This document shows, one piece after another, positions 63,412 through 64,000 of a stretch of 64,000 nt of DNA. The stretch is taken from NCBI GenBank assembly GCA_013239625.1, contig MU053365.1, positions 845,566 to 909,565 on the forward strand, given 5' to 3'. How positions within the stretch are numbered: the stretch's first letter is position 1; each line of letters begins with the position of its first letter. This stretch comes from Lama guanicoe. Lineage: Eukaryota. The notes below the pieces were generated by a model, which saw nothing but the letters and a program-made list of their open reading frames with translations, was not told the DNA's origin and made no database searches. The position numbers and the translations under genes are program-made.

Positions 63412-63801
63412 TGTATTAGTGTCCAGGGGCCCCTCATAACAAAATACCACAGACAAGGCGGCTTAAACAACACAAATGTATTATTTCCTCTCAGCTCTGT
63501 AGGCTGGAAGTCCCAGATCAAAGTGTCAAATGGGCTGATTTCTTTTGAGGTGTCTCTCCTTGGCTTGCAGATGGCTGCTTTCTCCCCGTGTCTTCATATG
63601 GTCTTCCCTCTATGTGTGTCTGCATCCTAATCTCTTCTTATAGGGAAATACTAGTCATGTTGGATTAGGGCTCATCCTAATGACCTCCTTTTAACTCAAT
63701 CACCTCTTAGGGACCCTGTCTCCAAATACAGCCACGTTCTGAGATACTGGGGATTAGGACTTCAACGTGTGAATTTAGCGGAACACAATTCAGACATACG
63801 C
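63412..63801 (-). mobile_element. MLT1A/B-like MaLR solo LTR
   Basis: tgtattagt...ataacaaaataccacagac...ggctggaagtcccagatcaa...ggattaggacttcaac...acaattcag. Confidence 0.85.
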
Positions 63802-64000
63802 ACTTATATCAAAACCAAGAAATGCTGTGACCTGCCCATGTTACCACACCAGCGTCATCAACACAAATGAGTTTGCCTATGTACCACCTAGGTTTTGGCA
63901 ATAAGCAACTTTACCTTGCACAAGCATGATATGCCATCTGCTTCTCAACTATATGAGAGAATTGGCAAGCTTCAGTGCAAAAGTTTGAGTTCTAGATATT

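Noticed and set aside
1..64000. CRISPR array, operon or other prokaryotic-type system
   Set aside because: The DNA is mammalian and repeat-rich. There are no regularly spaced repeats with unique spacers and no long, densely packed ORFs.

Overview
Mammalian genomic DNA, almost certainly camelid (alpaca/llama/camel): it carries four copies of a short tRNA-derived SINE resembling camelid Vic-1 and a 3' end resembling camelid L1. The window looks intronic or intergenic and is very rich in interspersed repeats: old L2 and MIR fragments, several L1 fragments, MaLR (MLT1) LTRs, MER5A, MADE2, a hAT-Tip100 (Zaphod-like) transposon and a ~6 kb decayed class I ERV at about 18.1-24.2 kb (5' LTR, gag and env remnants, no recognisable pol, no 3' LTR). 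I recognise no host protein-coding gene, RNA gene or CpG island. The ORFs with recognisable homology are all transposon remnants (L1 ORF1/ORF2, L2 endonuclease, hAT dimerisation domain, ERV env). Two frame-preserving candidate exons (37593-37754 minus; 50178-50348 plus) are unverified. I found no convincing novel biological system. The most interesting signals are insertion and repair scars: an exact 43-bp copy of flanking DNA inside the ERV leader, a tail-less internal L1 ORF2 fragment flanked by a perfect 17-bp duplication, a poly(A)-only insertion with a 16-bp duplication, and a (TA)n microsatellite growing from a MADE2 end. Repeat family names and most boundaries were assigned by eye from remembered consensus motifs and are approximate.
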